Shown: in pieces, positions 1-9,270 of the stretch
Layout: each line of letters begins with the position of its first letter
How positions within the stretch are numbered: the first letter of the stretch is position 1
The notes under the pieces: generated by a model
Seen by the model: the letters and a program-made list of their open reading frames with translations, nothing else
The model's database searches: none
Told to the model about the DNA's origin: nothing
Assembly: GCA_038246475.1 (NCBI GenBank)
Contig: JBBRVX010000001.1
Coordinates: 16,501 to 80,500, forward strand
Direction of reading: 5' to 3'
DNA from: Thermomicrobiales bacterium
GTDB taxonomy: Bacteria > Chloroflexota > Chloroflexia > Thermomicrobiales > UBA6265
Length of the DNA: 64,000 nt
Translations under genes and position numbers: made by a program

Positions 1-1404
1 ACCGGCGCCGCCGCCCAGGGATTCGAGCTCGTTCCGCTGATCGCCGTCTGGGCCACGCCATCGGGAATCGTGACCAGGGATGCGATCGAGCGCTTGACCG
101 ATCTGCTCAGCACTTCCCTGCGCCAGGCTATGCAGGACGGGCCGATCGACGGCGTGCTGCTTGCCCTCCACGGCGCGATGGTCACTGAAGTCGACGACGA
201 TGGAGAATGCTCAGTCCTGCAATGCGTGCGGGACATCGTCGGGCCGGATGTGCCGATTGTGTCGACGCTCGATCTGCATGCCAACATCTCCCCTCGCATG
301 GTCGCGCTCGCCGACGTCATGATCGGCTATGACACCTATCCCCACGTCGACATGGCGGAACGGGCGGAAGAGGCCTGCGCCATTCTGGGCCAGCTCCTGC
401 GCGGAGAAATCTCTCCGACGGCCGCGCTGCGCAAGCCTCCGCTGCTCCCGACGTCGCAGCGGATGACCACGGGGCGCATGCCGATGCGCGCGCTCATCGA
501 TCTCGCCCACCGCATGGAGGAAGACCCGCGCGTCATCAATGTGACGATCGCCGGGGGCTTTCCCCCAAGCGACACGGAAGACGCCGGATTTGGGGTGCTC
601 GTCACCACGGACAACGATCCCGAGCTCGCCGGTCAGCTTGCCGACCAGCTTGCCGCGGAAGCATGGTCCTTGCGCGACGGATTCCTGGGCGGGGTCGCCA
701 GCTTCGAGCACGCCGCCGAGCTGATTCGTTCGCTCGATAGCGACGACGATGTGGACATGCCGGTCAGCGGCCCATTGGTGCTCGTCGATATTGCCGACAA
801 TCCATGGAGCGGAGGGCCAGGTGACAGCGCGGAGCTGGTGCGCTTTCTCTTTTCACAAGGTGTTCACGGGGCCGCGGTGGCGTTGATCAAGGATCCAGAC
901 GTGGTGCGAGCGGCGACGTCTGCCGGGCCGGGCGCGACGATTACTGTCGAGCTGGGGGGAAAGGTTGACCACCTGCATGGCGATCCCTTGCCGGTACGCG
1001 CCTACGTCAAGCTGCTCAGCGACGGCCGCTATGAGAACGATGGTCCCATGATGGCCGGGCTCGCCGTCAATCTGGGGCCAAGTGCGGTGCTCCTCTGCGA
1101 ACCCGCCTCCGGTCCGCCCGCGCCTCCGGTCGAAGTGCTGGTGACGACCCGCGCAGAGACGCCAATCGATCTGAACGTCTTTCGCTGCCATGGCATCGAT
1201 CCGATTCGCCACCGCGTCCTTGGCCTGAAGGGAAAGGGACACTTCCGGGCCGCGTTCGAGCCGATCGCGCGGCGCGTCGTGCTCGTGGAGGGCCCGGGCA
1301 TTACCGGGGCCGACCTTTCCCGCCTCGCCTTCAAGAAGATCCGCCGGCCGATCTGGCCGCTCGACCCGGACGATGTAATTGTGTTTGCGTCGGCAGGCGG
1401 GTAA
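1..1404 (+). CDS. MlrC-family (M81) metallopeptidase-like protein, 5' end cut by the window edge
   Basis: Frame 1 is open from base 1 (..FELVPLIAVWATPSGIV..) into ORF 70..1404. LHGAMVTE..DDGE, TLDLHANISPRM and GYDTYPHVD are motifs I associate with MlrC-type proteins. Third codon positions are GC-rich. Confidence 0.8.
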   Translation, partial: TGAAAQGFELVPLIAVWATPSGIVTRDAIERLTDLLSTSLRQAMQDGPIDGVLLALHGAMVTEVDDDGECSVLQCVRDIVGPDVPIVSTLDLHANISPRMVALADVMIGYDTYPHVDMAERAEEACAILGQLLRGEISPTAALRKPPLLPTSQRMTTGRMPMRALIDLAHRMEEDPRVINVTIAGGFPPSDTEDAGFGVLVTTDNDPELAGQLADQLAAEAWSLRDGFLGGVASFEHAAELIRSLDSDDDVDMPVSGPLVLVDIADNPWSGGPGDSAELVRFLFSQGVHGAAVALIKDPDVVRAATSAGPGATITVELGGKVDHLHGDPLPVRAYVKLLSDGRYENDGPMMAGLAVNLGPSAVLLCEPASGPPAPPVEVLVTTRAETPIDLNVFRCHGIDPIRHRVLGLKGKGHFRAAFEPIARRVVLVEGPGITGADLSRLAFKKIRRPIWPLDPDDVIVFASAGG

Positions 1405-1710
1405 TCAGGGTTCGTCTTCTCGTGGCGAATGCGGCCCCATTTCGATTGTTTGAAATGGCAATGTAGTCGTGCCGAGAAACGAGGCGCCTCGTGGTCCCGC
1501 CTGCGGGAGGTCGATTTCGCCACCCCAGGCGAATTCCCTCCGGCTGCCCTCCAAAACGGCGCCACGGCCGACCATGCTATCGCTCTCGCCCCATTTCATG
1601 GGGCTTTCGTCGGACCAGCGGGACGGCTTTCAGCCTCCCGCGACCGGGCCAGCGCTGCCCGTCCCTGCGAACAGATCACGCCAGACCCACGTACGCCGTC
1701 TTTCGAAGAC

Positions 1711-1750
1711 CAAAAGAGACCCCGGGGCAGCCGTTCGGCTGCCCCGGGTC
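1711..1750 (-). terminator. Intrinsic terminator downstream of dnaK
   Basis: 13-bp GC-rich stem CCCGGGGCAGCC/GGCTGCCCCGGG with a GTTC/GAAC loop, about 35 nt after the dnaK stop. On the minus strand it is followed by TCTCTTTTGGTCTT. Confidence 0.65.
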
Positions 1751-1784
1751 GCAAACTGAGCGATGATGCGCGATCGTCGTGCGC

Positions 1785-3713
1785 CTACCGATCGCCGCCA
1801 ACTTCACGGAACTCCGCGTCGACCGTTTCGTCATCCGTCTCGGCGCTCTGGCCCGAGTCCGGCTCCGCGCCATTGCTGCCCGCGCCGGAGCCATCCGCGG
1901 CCCCGGCCGCGGCGTACATGGCCGTGCCCACTTGCGTCAGGGTCTGCACCATCTCCTCATACGCCGGGCGCAGGCGATCCGCGTTCTGCGGATCGTTTTC
2001 CAGAATCTCCTTGACCGCCGCAACCTTGGTGTCCAGATCCATCTTCAGCTCGGACGGAATGCGCTCGCCATGCTCCTTCAGCGTGTTCTCCGCCTGCAGG
2101 GTCATCGATTCCGCGTCGTTGCGGAGCGAGATGGCGTCGCGGCGGCGGCGGTCTTCCTCCGCGTTTTCTTCCGCTTCCTGGACCATGCGCTGCACTTCCG
2201 ACTCCGAGAGGCCGGAAGATCCGGTAATCGTGATCTTCTGTTCCTTGCCGGTGGCCTGGTCCTTCGCCGTGACGTTCAGGATGCCGTTGGCGTCGATGTC
2301 GAACGTGACGTCAATCTTCGGCGTGCCGCGCGGCGCCGGGGGAATGCCGTCGAGGACGAACTTGCCCAGGCTCTTGTTGTCGGTCGCCATCGGCCGCTCG
2401 CCTTGAAGGACATTGATTTCCACCTGCGGCTGCGTGTCCGAGGCCGTGGTGAAGGTCTGGCTCTTCCGCGTCGGGATCGTGGTGTTCCGCTCGATAAGCG
2501 GCGTGGCCACGCCACCCAGCGTTTCGATGGAAAGGGTCAACGGGGTGACGTCCAGGAGCAGAATGTCCTTGACCTCGCCGCCGAGCACGCCGCCCTGAAT
2601 CGCCGCGCCCAGCGCCACCACCTCGTCCGGATTGATGCCCCGGTTCGGCTCCTTGCCGAAGAAGCTCTGCACCTTACGCTGCACCGACGGCATGCGGGTC
2701 TGCCCGCCGACGAGGATCACCTCGTCGATCGCGCTCTTGCTCTGCCCAGCGTCCTTGAGCGCCGCATCCATGGGGGGCACCGTGCGATCGATGAGCGACT
2801 GGGTGAGCTGCTCCAGCTTGGCCCGCGTCAAGGTGATGTTGAGGTGCTTGGGACCGCTGGCGTCGGCCGTGATGAAGGGGAGGTTGACATCGGTCTGCTC
2901 GACCGACGAAAGCTCGATCTTCGCCTTCTCGGCTGCTTCCTTGAGGCGCTGCAGGGCCATGCGGTCCTTGCGCAGGTCGATCCCTTCCTGCTTCTTGAAC
3001 TCGTCGGCCAAGTTATCGATGATCGCCTGATCGAAGTCGTCACCGCCGAGGTGGGTGTCGCCATTGGTGGCCTGCACTTGAAAGACGCCGTCGGCCAGGT
3101 TGAGCACCGATATATCGTAGGTGCCGCCGCCGAGATCGTAGACCGCGATCTCTTCGTCGCCCTTGTTTTCGAGCCCGTAGGCCAGCGCTGAGGCCGTCGG
3201 CTCATTGATGATGCGCTGCACCTCGAGGCCGGCGATGCGGCCGGCATCTTTGGTGGCATCGCGCTGGGCGTTGTCGAAGTACGCGGGCACCGTGACGACC
3301 GCCTGATCGACCTTTTCACCGAGGTAGGCCTCGGCATCGGTCTTCAGCTTCTGCAGGATCATCGCCGAGATTTCCTGCGGGCTGTACCAGCGATCCCCCA
3401 TCTTGACTTCGACATCGCCATTCTTGGCCGCGCGGATCTGGTACGGGACCAGACCCTTGTCGCGCTGGACAATGGGATCGTCGTATTTCCGGCCCATGAA
3501 GCGCTTCACGGAGAAGACCGTGTTCTCCGGATTCGTGACAGATTGCCGCCGCGCGAAGCGGCCCACGAGCCGCTCTCCACTCGGTGTGACGGCCACCACG
3601 GACGGCGTCAGCCGCTCACCCTCTGCATTCGGAATAATGGTTGGTTCGCCACCTTCGATGGTGGCCATCACCGAGTTTGTTGTCCCCAGGTCGATGCCAA
3701 TCGTTCGGCCCAT
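1785..3713 (-). CDS. dnaK: Molecular chaperone DnaK (Hsp70)
   Basis: 642 aa. N-terminus [23 protein letters not shown]-like [12 protein letters not shown], and full-length Hsp70 architecture with an acidic C-terminal tail. Confidence 0.98.
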   Translation of the reverse strand: MGRTIGIDLGTTNSVMATIEGGEPTIIPNAEGERLTPSVVAVTPSGERLVGRFARRQSVTNPENTVFSVKRFMGRKYDDPIVQRDKGLVPYQIRAAKNGDVEVKMGDRWYSPQEISAMILQKLKTDAEAYLGEKVDQAVVTVPAYFDNAQRDATKDAGRIAGLEVQRIINEPTASALAYGLENKGDEEIAVYDLGGGTYDISVLNLADGVFQVQATNGDTHLGGDDFDQAIIDNLADEFKKQEGIDLRKDRMALQRLKEAAEKAKIELSSVEQTDVNLPFITADASGPKHLNITLTRAKLEQLTQSLIDRTVPPMDAALKDAGQSKSAIDEVILVGGQTRMPSVQRKVQSFFGKEPNRGINPDEVVALGAAIQGGVLGGEVKDILLLDVTPLTLSIETLGGVATPLIERNTTIPTRKSQTFTTASDTQPQVEINVLQGERPMATDNKSLGKFVLDGIPPAPRGTPKIDVTFDIDANGILNVTAKDQATGKEQKITITGSSGLSESEVQRMVQEAEENAEEDRRRRDAISLRNDAESMTLQAENTLKEHGERIPSELKMDLDTKVAAVKEILENDPQNADRLRPAYEEMVQTLTQVGTAMYAAAGAADGSGAGSNGAEPDSGQSAETDDETVDAEFREVGGDR

Positions 3714-3789
3714 AGTTGTCTTGCTCCTCTCGCTCTAAACGGTAGTCCATACAATCAGCGCCACGCCTCGTGTGGCAAGCGTCGATCGA

Positions 3790-4428
3790 TCATCCATTTG
3801 CAGGTCCTACTTTCACCATCGCGGGACGAAGCACCCCTTCCCCCAGGCGATATCCGGGTGCGTAAACGCCGACGACCGTGTCGCCTCCGCCCGGGTCCGC
3901 TTCGACTGCCTCATGCACCGATGGATCAAACGGCAGGCCCATCGATTCAATCGGCATCACGCCATGCTTCTTCAGTGTCGTCAGAAACTTTTGCTCGACC
4001 CAGCGCATCCCCTCCGCCAGCTTCGAATCCCGCTCATCATCCGGAATCGCGCCCAATCCCCGCTGCAAGTCGTCCAGAATCGGTACAAATTCCCGCAGCA
4101 GCTGTTCGTTGGCCGAGAGACGCTGTTGCGTGCGCTCCTGCTCTGTCCGGCGCCGGTAGTTGGCGAAGTCGGCGGCCGTGCGTTGCAGTTGATCGAGATA
4201 GCGATCCCGTTCGGCCTGCGCGGCTTCGATATCCAGCGCCGCCTGCTCCGCCTCGGCCGCGTCGATCTCTTCCGCCATCGGATCGGAATCGCCGCCAAAC
4301 CGTCGCGCGTCCATTTTTTTCTCGCTCCCATCTCCCCATCGGGGGAACATCCCACGTCGTTTCCGTAATTGACGCATGTGCCGCGCCAGCATCGCCTGCT
4401 GGCGGCTGGCAGCGCCGCTACTCTCCAT
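3790..4428 (-). CDS. grpE: Nucleotide exchange factor GrpE (start uncertain; alternative ATGs at 4350 and 4314)
   Basis: DRYLDQLQRTAADFANYRRRTEQE coiled-coil segment plus the C-terminal FDPSVHEAV..V..V...GY motif typical of GrpE. Lies between hrcA and dnaK. Confidence 0.9.
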   Translation of the reverse strand: MESSGAASRQQAMLARHMRQLRKRRGMFPRWGDGSEKKMDARRFGGDSDPMAEEIDAAEAEQAALDIEAAQAERDRYLDQLQRTAADFANYRRRTEQERTQQRLSANEQLLREFVPILDDLQRGLGAIPDDERDSKLAEGMRWVEQKFLTTLKKHGVMPIESMGLPFDPSVHEAVEADPGGGDTVVGVYAPGYRLGEGVLRPAMVKVGPANG

Positions 4429-5515
4429 GCAGGTCGGCCATCAGGCCGCTCATCAGTTGCGCCATGTAGCGAACCGACGAGATCGAGCGGTCATACGCCA
4501 TCCGCGTCGGGCCGATCACGCCGAGCACTCCCACCACCTCGCCGTCAACGCCATACGTCGAAACGACGATGCCGAGCCGGCGCAATTCCCCGGCGGGATT
4601 CTCCTGGCCAATGAAAACCCGCACCCCCGGCTTCTCGCCCAGGCGCGGCAACATCGCGCTCAGAAATGAGCCTCCACCAAGGAGCGCCAACACGTCCTGT
4701 GCCTCCGCCGCATCGCCAAACTCCGGCTGGGTCAGGACATGCTCCAGCCCGGAATGGTGAACCGCCGTGCCGGTCGCGGTCATCCCCTGAAATGCCATCG
4801 CGATGTGCTCGAGCGCGGCGCGCGCCAATCCACTCGCGCCCGTCATCCGGGATGCCACCTCTTCCGGCGTCAGGCCTCGCAGCGCCTGCGCCAGGGTGTC
4901 GGCCAGCGGTGAGAGCGTCTCCTGATCGACATCTTCTGGCCAATGGGCCATGACCTGGCGTACGGCGCCATTCGTGGTGACGATGATGACGAGTCCCAAC
5001 CGGGGCTGCAAAGCGACCAGCTCGATGTGGCGCAGGCGCGGCGTCTGCGGAATTGGCGCTGAAACGAGTGAGACATTCCCGGCCGCGCGCGCCAATGTGG
5101 CCGCCGCCAGTTCGATCCATTGCTCCAACTGCAGCTCGACCTGGCGGAACTGGTGAAGAATGGTCAGCCGCTCGCTGGAGGGCAGCTCGATATCCCCCAT
5201 CAAATGCGCCACGAAGTAGCGGTAGCCCTGGTCAGTGGGAATCCGGCCGCCCGAGGTGTGCAAATGTTCCAGATAGCCGAGCTCTTCGAGCGCGGCCATC
5301 TCATTGCGAATCGTGGCCGAGGAAACGCCGATGCCGGAGCTGTCCGCGAGCGCCTTCGATCCGACTGGACGCCCGGTCGCCACATAGTCGCGCACAATGA
5401 ACCGCAGGATCAGGCGCTGCCGCTCGGAAAGCGTAGCGACCGATTCTCCGGGGGGCGTGATAGTGGTTTTGGGCCTGCCGTCGTCCACAGTCTGCTCCTG
5501 TCGCCAGTTTAGCAC
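4418..5515 (-). CDS. hrcA: Heat-inducible transcription repressor HrcA (true start probably GTG at 5487)
   Basis: LSERQRLILRFIVRDYVATGRPVGSKALA winged-helix N-terminus and first gene of hrcA-grpE-dnaK. The ORF-track start at 5515 lies inside the CIRCE palindrome, so the in-frame GTG at 5487 is more likely. Confidence 0.93.
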   Translation of the reverse strand: MLNWRQEQTVDDGRPKTTITPPGESVATLSERQRLILRFIVRDYVATGRPVGSKALADSSGIGVSSATIRNEMAALEELGYLEHLHTSGGRIPTDQGYRYFVAHLMGDIELPSSERLTILHQFRQVELQLEQWIELAAATLARAAGNVSLVSAPIPQTPRLRHIELVALQPRLGLVIIVTTNGAVRQVMAHWPEDVDQETLSPLADTLAQALRGLTPEEVASRMTGASGLARAALEHIAMAFQGMTATGTAVHHSGLEHVLTQPEFGDAAEAQDVLALLGGGSFLSAMLPRLGEKPGVRVFIGQENPAGELRRLGIVVSTYGVDGEVVGVLGVIGPTRMAYDRSISSVRYMAQLMSGLMADLHGE

Positions 5516-5535
5516 TCTCCGGTGGAGAGTGCTTA
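5509..5535 (-). promoter_or_regulatory. CIRCE operator (HrcA binding site)
   Basis: TTAGCACTC-N9-GAGTGCTTA matches the CIRCE consensus TTAGCACTC-N9-GAGTGCTAA in 17 of 18 arm positions. It sits immediately upstream of hrcA. Confidence 0.9.
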
Positions 5536-5541
5536 TGGAGG

Positions 5542-5571
5542 AGCATACAACGTGACATAAGGCAGTGTCAA
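5542..5571 (-). promoter_or_regulatory. Sigma-70-type promoter of the hrcA operon
   Basis: On the minus strand, TTGACA (5571-5566), an 18-nt spacer, then TATGCT (5547-5542). It lies 6 nt upstream of CIRCE, the classic promoter-plus-CIRCE layout. Confidence 0.55.
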
Positions 5572-5646
5572 TCGCGTTGGTGTGCGTTTGAACGCTCCAG
5601 AGGCCTCACGGCGACAAGCAAAAGCGCGTGCCGAACCCGCCCCGGA

Positions 5647-6000
5647 TCATTCACGGGACGGGTGTTGGGGTTCCCCCTGCATCGACGCGTTGATGACCAC
5701 GTCCTGGTCCCGGAATTCGCCGGGAACGTCGCGCAGAGGTGGGAACGCGGGCAGGAGAGCATCGTAATGGACGCGGAAGCAGCCAGGCAGCTCAGGGACG
5801 ATGCCGACGACGCCATCTTCCTCCTCGTGCCAGGCGATGGCGCCCGCGGCGCCGACTTTGGTCGTGGCAATCGGGTCAGTCGCGGGCGCGGGGCATTGGT
5901 CATGCCAATGCTCGCCAAGCCAGGCGTCGAAGGCGTGAATGGCGCGCAACATGTCCAGCGCATTGGCGTAGCGCCGTGCGAGCTCTAGCGCAGATACCAT
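5647..6000 (-). CDS. Hypothetical protein with a HicB/UPF0150-like VPELPGC motif
   Basis: 117-aa ORF with strongly GC-biased third positions. The segment EEEDGVVGIVPELPGCF resembles the strand-turn motif of HicB-like antitoxin folds. No hicA partner is adjacent. Confidence 0.55.
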   Translation of the reverse strand: MVSALELARRYANALDMLRAIHAFDAWLGEHWHDQCPAPATDPIATTKVGAAGAIAWHEEEDGVVGIVPELPGCFRVHYDALLPAFPPLRDVPGEFRDQDVVINASMQGEPQHPSRE

Positions 6001-6033
6001 GAGGTCATGCTTCCGCGAAGCGGCGGTGGATGC

Positions 6034-6462
6034 TTACGTGATGGGAGCGTTCGGTCCGCTCAGCCATGACGTACAGTTGGGACAGCGAATGGCGTCCGCC
6101 GAGATCGAACTCAAGCATTGCGGGCAGATGGCGGGCGCCGCCTCCGGCGTCGGCGGAGTTACCTTGGCCAAAAGCGTGTTCATCGGTTTGACGATCAGGT
6201 AGAAGATCACAAGAGCGATGACCAGGAATGAGATGAGCGAATTGATGAACGCTCCATAGCGAAACTCGCTGTTATTGATCGAAAACGTCAACGCGGAGAA
6301 ATCCGGCTGGCCGCCGATGGCGCCGATGATTGGCGTGATGATGTTCTCGACCAGGGACGTGACGATGGCGCCGAACGCGGCGCCGATCACGACGGCGACG
6401 GCGAGATCCAGAACGTTGCCGCGAAGGACAAATGCCTTGAATTCATCAATTAAGCCTCCCAT
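6034..6462 (-). CDS. mscL: Large-conductance mechanosensitive channel MscL with a C-terminal CPxC..CPxC zinc-ribbon-like tail
   Basis: FKAFVLRGNVLDLAVAVVIGAAFGAIVTSLVENIITPIIG is canonical MscL TM1. The C-terminus ends ..ICPQCLSSISADAIRCPNCTSWL. Confidence 0.92.
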   Translation of the reverse strand: MGGLIDEFKAFVLRGNVLDLAVAVVIGAAFGAIVTSLVENIITPIIGAIGGQPDFSALTFSINNSEFRYGAFINSLISFLVIALVIFYLIVKPMNTLLAKVTPPTPEAAPAICPQCLSSISADAIRCPNCTSWLSGPNAPIT

Positions 6463-6607
6463 GCGAGCTGCCCCCTAGCTGCCTTTGCTTGCAAACGGCG
6501 ACGCTGCCGACGCCTCCACATCTTGCCACGGATCGTGGGATTGAGGAATCCCCTTCTCGCGGCATATCCGGTCGGGCAGGAGTGCGGCGCGTTCAGTCCA
6601 GTCGTTA

Positions 6608-7534
6608 CTAGTCTCGACGGTTCATGATCCGTTCGGGGAGGGCAAGCAGGCCCCGAACGACTTCAGTGACGCGCTCGACAGGAGACGCGGCCTGGGTGGT
6701 GTCGGCATAGTCCTGCGCGGCAGTTGTCGGTCCCACATCATGTCCCAGATCGCGCTCGATTTCAGAACGGTGGCGCATCACCCACAAGTAGACGTCCGCC
6801 TCGGTCTGATCGGGGAAACGCTCGGTGAGCTCCTGCTTTCTGGCCACCTCGACGATCGGGCCATAGATATGCGTGTACCAGTCCACGACCGCGTCATGGA
6901 CGTTGACTGGCTCATGCCGGATTGAGGCCAGCCAGGCCTGGTGGCCTTCGATCTGCTCCCAGATTTCGTCATACCGCCCCAGCGCCGAGGGTCGAATGTC
7001 ATGCTCAGGCTCCAGGCGGTCGAGGTCAGTACGCCGGAGGAATTCCGCGTATTCCGCCTGCAGGAGCAGCTCATTTGGCAACATGTTGGCATTGAGGGGG
7101 GCCCTGATATGGCCCTCAATCACTTCGGCGTCAATGTATTCCTGGCCCCGTTCCCGCGCGACGCTCACGCGGTGATTGCCATCCTTGACGAAGTAGATGT
7201 CGCCGACCTTGTAGAGCTGAATCGGTGGAAGGTGAGCATCCTGGTAGTAGGCGCGGTCGATGCTCTGCCAGCGGCCGGCGGTGAAGCGTTGCCGCGGCAG
7301 GAATTCGCGGTTGAAATCCTGAAAGCGGTCCATGCTCCCCACGATCTGGTCGAGGGGCACGGTTTGCAAGCCGCGGTAGCTTTCGCCCTCGGGCGAAACG
7401 CGTTGCCGCACCTCGTGGTATGGCATCAACGTCCGCGCCCGGCGGGCAATGACCGCGCGCACGTCGGCGAGGAAAGCGCGCTGTCGCGCGCGCTCGAAGT
7501 CATGGCGGACTTCAGACTCGAAAGGCCGGCTCAC
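6608..7534 (-). CDS. ParB/Srx-like nuclease-domain protein
   Basis: IYFVKDGNHRVSVARERG matches the DGNHR ParB-like nuclease motif. The GTG start at 7534 overlaps the upstream stop as GTGA. The rest of the 498-aa track ORF is an out-of-frame overlap with the next gene and was discarded. Confidence 0.7.
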   Translation of the reverse strand: MSRPFESEVRHDFERARQRAFLADVRAVIARRARTLMPYHEVRQRVSPEGESYRGLQTVPLDQIVGSMDRFQDFNREFLPRQRFTAGRWQSIDRAYYQDAHLPPIQLYKVGDIYFVKDGNHRVSVARERGQEYIDAEVIEGHIRAPLNANMLPNELLLQAEYAEFLRRTDLDRLEPEHDIRPSALGRYDEIWEQIEGHQAWLASIRHEPVNVHDAVVDWYTHIYGPIVEVARKQELTERFPDQTEADVYLWVMRHRSEIERDLGHDVGPTTAAQDYADTTQAASPVERVTEVVRGLLALPERIMNRRD

Positions 7535-8202
7535 GAGGAGGCCTTCACCGCCGGACGTGAGATGACGTGGTCCGGTTCGAGTTCCAGGAGACGATAGGGA
7601 AAGACGTTGATCACTTCGGTGTCTCCAAATCGTTGTTGAAAGGGTTGCGAGCGGTCGTAGAGATGAACGTGACCGTGCAGATGATAGGCTGGAGACCATT
7701 GCTCCAGGAAGCCGCGAAACGTTTCGAAGCCGAGGTGAGCCGGATCGGAGCGATCGTTGACGCCCCGCGGGGGCGCGTGCGTCACGAGCAGATCGAGCGC
7801 CCGTCCCTGACGAAGTCGGTTGAGATGCAATCGGGGAGCCATCTTCATGGCCATCAGCCCGATTTCCCGTTCCGTGAATTGCGCGGGCTGATCGTCCTCG
7901 TAGCGCAGGCAACCCGGAAATCCGGCGAGAATCAGCCCCGTCCCAGGATCCTGCACGACCTTGCCACTCAGCTCTATCGCTCCACTTGGCTTGCAGGCGC
8001 TCTGCCGCGAGCAGCGCCGGGTGTGATTGCCGAGCACGTAATAGACAGGCCGATTGAGGGCATCGGCAATGAATTCCAGATAGCTGGCAGGAAGATCTCC
8101 GCAACTCACCACAAATTCGACATGCCCCATGCGCTGCCGCAGCGTTTCGCTGTGGACGCGGGGATCGACTTCATCGGTAACGGCCAATATTGGGATCGAC
8201 AT
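7531..8202 (-). CDS. Calcineurin-like metallophosphoesterase
   Basis: ILAVTDEVDP, SCGDLP, LGNHT, THAPP and HGHVH form the ordered metallophosphoesterase motif set. Start chosen at MSIPILAV; an alternative ATG is at 8220. Confidence 0.8.
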   Translation of the reverse strand: MSIPILAVTDEVDPRVHSETLRQRMGHVEFVVSCGDLPASYLEFIADALNRPVYYVLGNHTRRCSRQSACKPSGAIELSGKVVQDPGTGLILAGFPGCLRYEDDQPAQFTEREIGLMAMKMAPRLHLNRLRQGRALDLLVTHAPPRGVNDRSDPAHLGFETFRGFLEQWSPAYHLHGHVHLYDRSQPFQQRFGDTEVINVFPYRLLELEPDHVISRPAVKASS

Positions 8203-8337
8203 CGATTCCGTAAGAAACATCAAACCTGACGGCGAGCCAGGCACATTCGCTCGTGGCAACAGCAGCGGACCATGCTTCAAGGCGCGGCGCGGCAATGGTA
8301 CCCCACCACGGGGCTACGGCATTGAAATGCGCGTGGC

Positions 8338-9174
8338 CTAGCGTTTTGCGTCGGCGGCGAGAATGAGGTCCCGCAGCTCGGCGGGCGAGAGGCCGGCCAC
8401 GGCCTGACCGATCAGCATCTCGATCTCCTTCGGCCCATTGAGCCGCCGCTCTCGTGCCCACGGCCAGAATGCGCTCCAGGAGTACTCGACGAGCTCGGCA
8501 TCACCGGCGTCTGGCGATGCCGCGGCAGCTGGAGGAGCCGTGGTCGCTGGAGGCGCCGCGGCGACCGGGGGTTCGTCGGGAACGATTTCGGCCCTGGGCG
8601 CCGGCCGAGGCGCGGGTTTTCGCTCTTGCCGGGGCAAGGCGACCGGTCGCAAAGCCGGGGGAGTGGCGAGGGCGCCAGTACGATCTCCCCCCCGGTTCAG
8701 TGCGGGATCGTCCGATCGTTCGCCGAATTGCGCCCCGTATCCCAGCGCGTTGAGCGCGCGGCCGATCGCCTTGGTCTCTGCCTTTTCAATGAAGTCAGGA
8801 AAATCGTTCGCCGTCTCGCTCCCGTAGCCGGTGGCCTTGCCCCCTGTAGCGATGGTCACGGTTGCTTTGAAGATCGCCATCTGGCCATCAAGCTGGACCA
8901 GATCGGTGACGATCTCGGCGTCGGGGTGCTCCTTGCGCAACCAGAGCAGGCGCCACTTGACATCGAGATAGTCTCCCCCCCCGCCACGGCCGCGGAGTTG
9001 GCGGATGTACGGGGTGGGATCGAATCCGCTCCCTTGCCGCGCCGGACCCTCCTCCCGCAGAGCTTGCCGTGGCTCCTCCTCTGCCGGAGCTGGATACTCA
9101 AGGAGAGGTGTGTCGTCCTCCGCGGATTCCAGTTCTTCAACCGGAAGTTCTCGCTCGCTGCGTTCACTTGTCAT
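8338..9174 (-). CDS. Hypothetical protein, possible Rad52/DdrA-type single-strand annealing fold, with an Ala/Pro-rich linker and a small C-terminal domain
   Basis: AGGAG Shine-Dalgarno 6 nt upstream of the ATG. The core YLDVKWRLLWLR..(beta region)..GYGSET..FIEKAETKAIGRALNALGYG resembles the G.G...E.A.T.A..RAL..G.G signature of Rad52-superfamily annealing proteins. This comes from recalled pattern only. Confidence 0.4.
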   Translation of the reverse strand: MTSERSERELPVEELESAEDDTPLLEYPAPAEEEPRQALREEGPARQGSGFDPTPYIRQLRGRGGGGDYLDVKWRLLWLRKEHPDAEIVTDLVQLDGQMAIFKATVTIATGGKATGYGSETANDFPDFIEKAETKAIGRALNALGYGAQFGERSDDPALNRGGDRTGALATPPALRPVALPRQERKPAPRPAPRAEIVPDEPPVAAAPPATTAPPAAAASPDAGDAELVEYSWSAFWPWARERRLNGPKEIEMLIGQAVAGLSPAELRDLILAADAKR

Positions 9175-9270
9175 CGCCCGCTCCTGAGGTGAGAATCGCG
9201 GCGCTCGCGCGGGGCGCGCTAATCCATTCTCAGTATACGAAGAGAACGCATGTTCGCAAGGGGGTAACGG

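Noticed and set aside
1779-3191. 470-aa plus-strand ORF, with several shorter ones, opposite dnaK
   Set aside because: It lies entirely antisense to an unmistakable dnaK. The translation is Arg/Leu/Gly/Ala-rich low-complexity sequence typical of stop-poor antisense frames in high-GC DNA.
7535-8104. N-terminal extension of the 498-aa ORF containing the ParB-like domain
   Set aside because: It overlaps the metallophosphoesterase gene in another frame and is Ser/Arg/Pro-rich. The GTG at 7534 in a GTGA overlap gives a sensible 309-aa protein.
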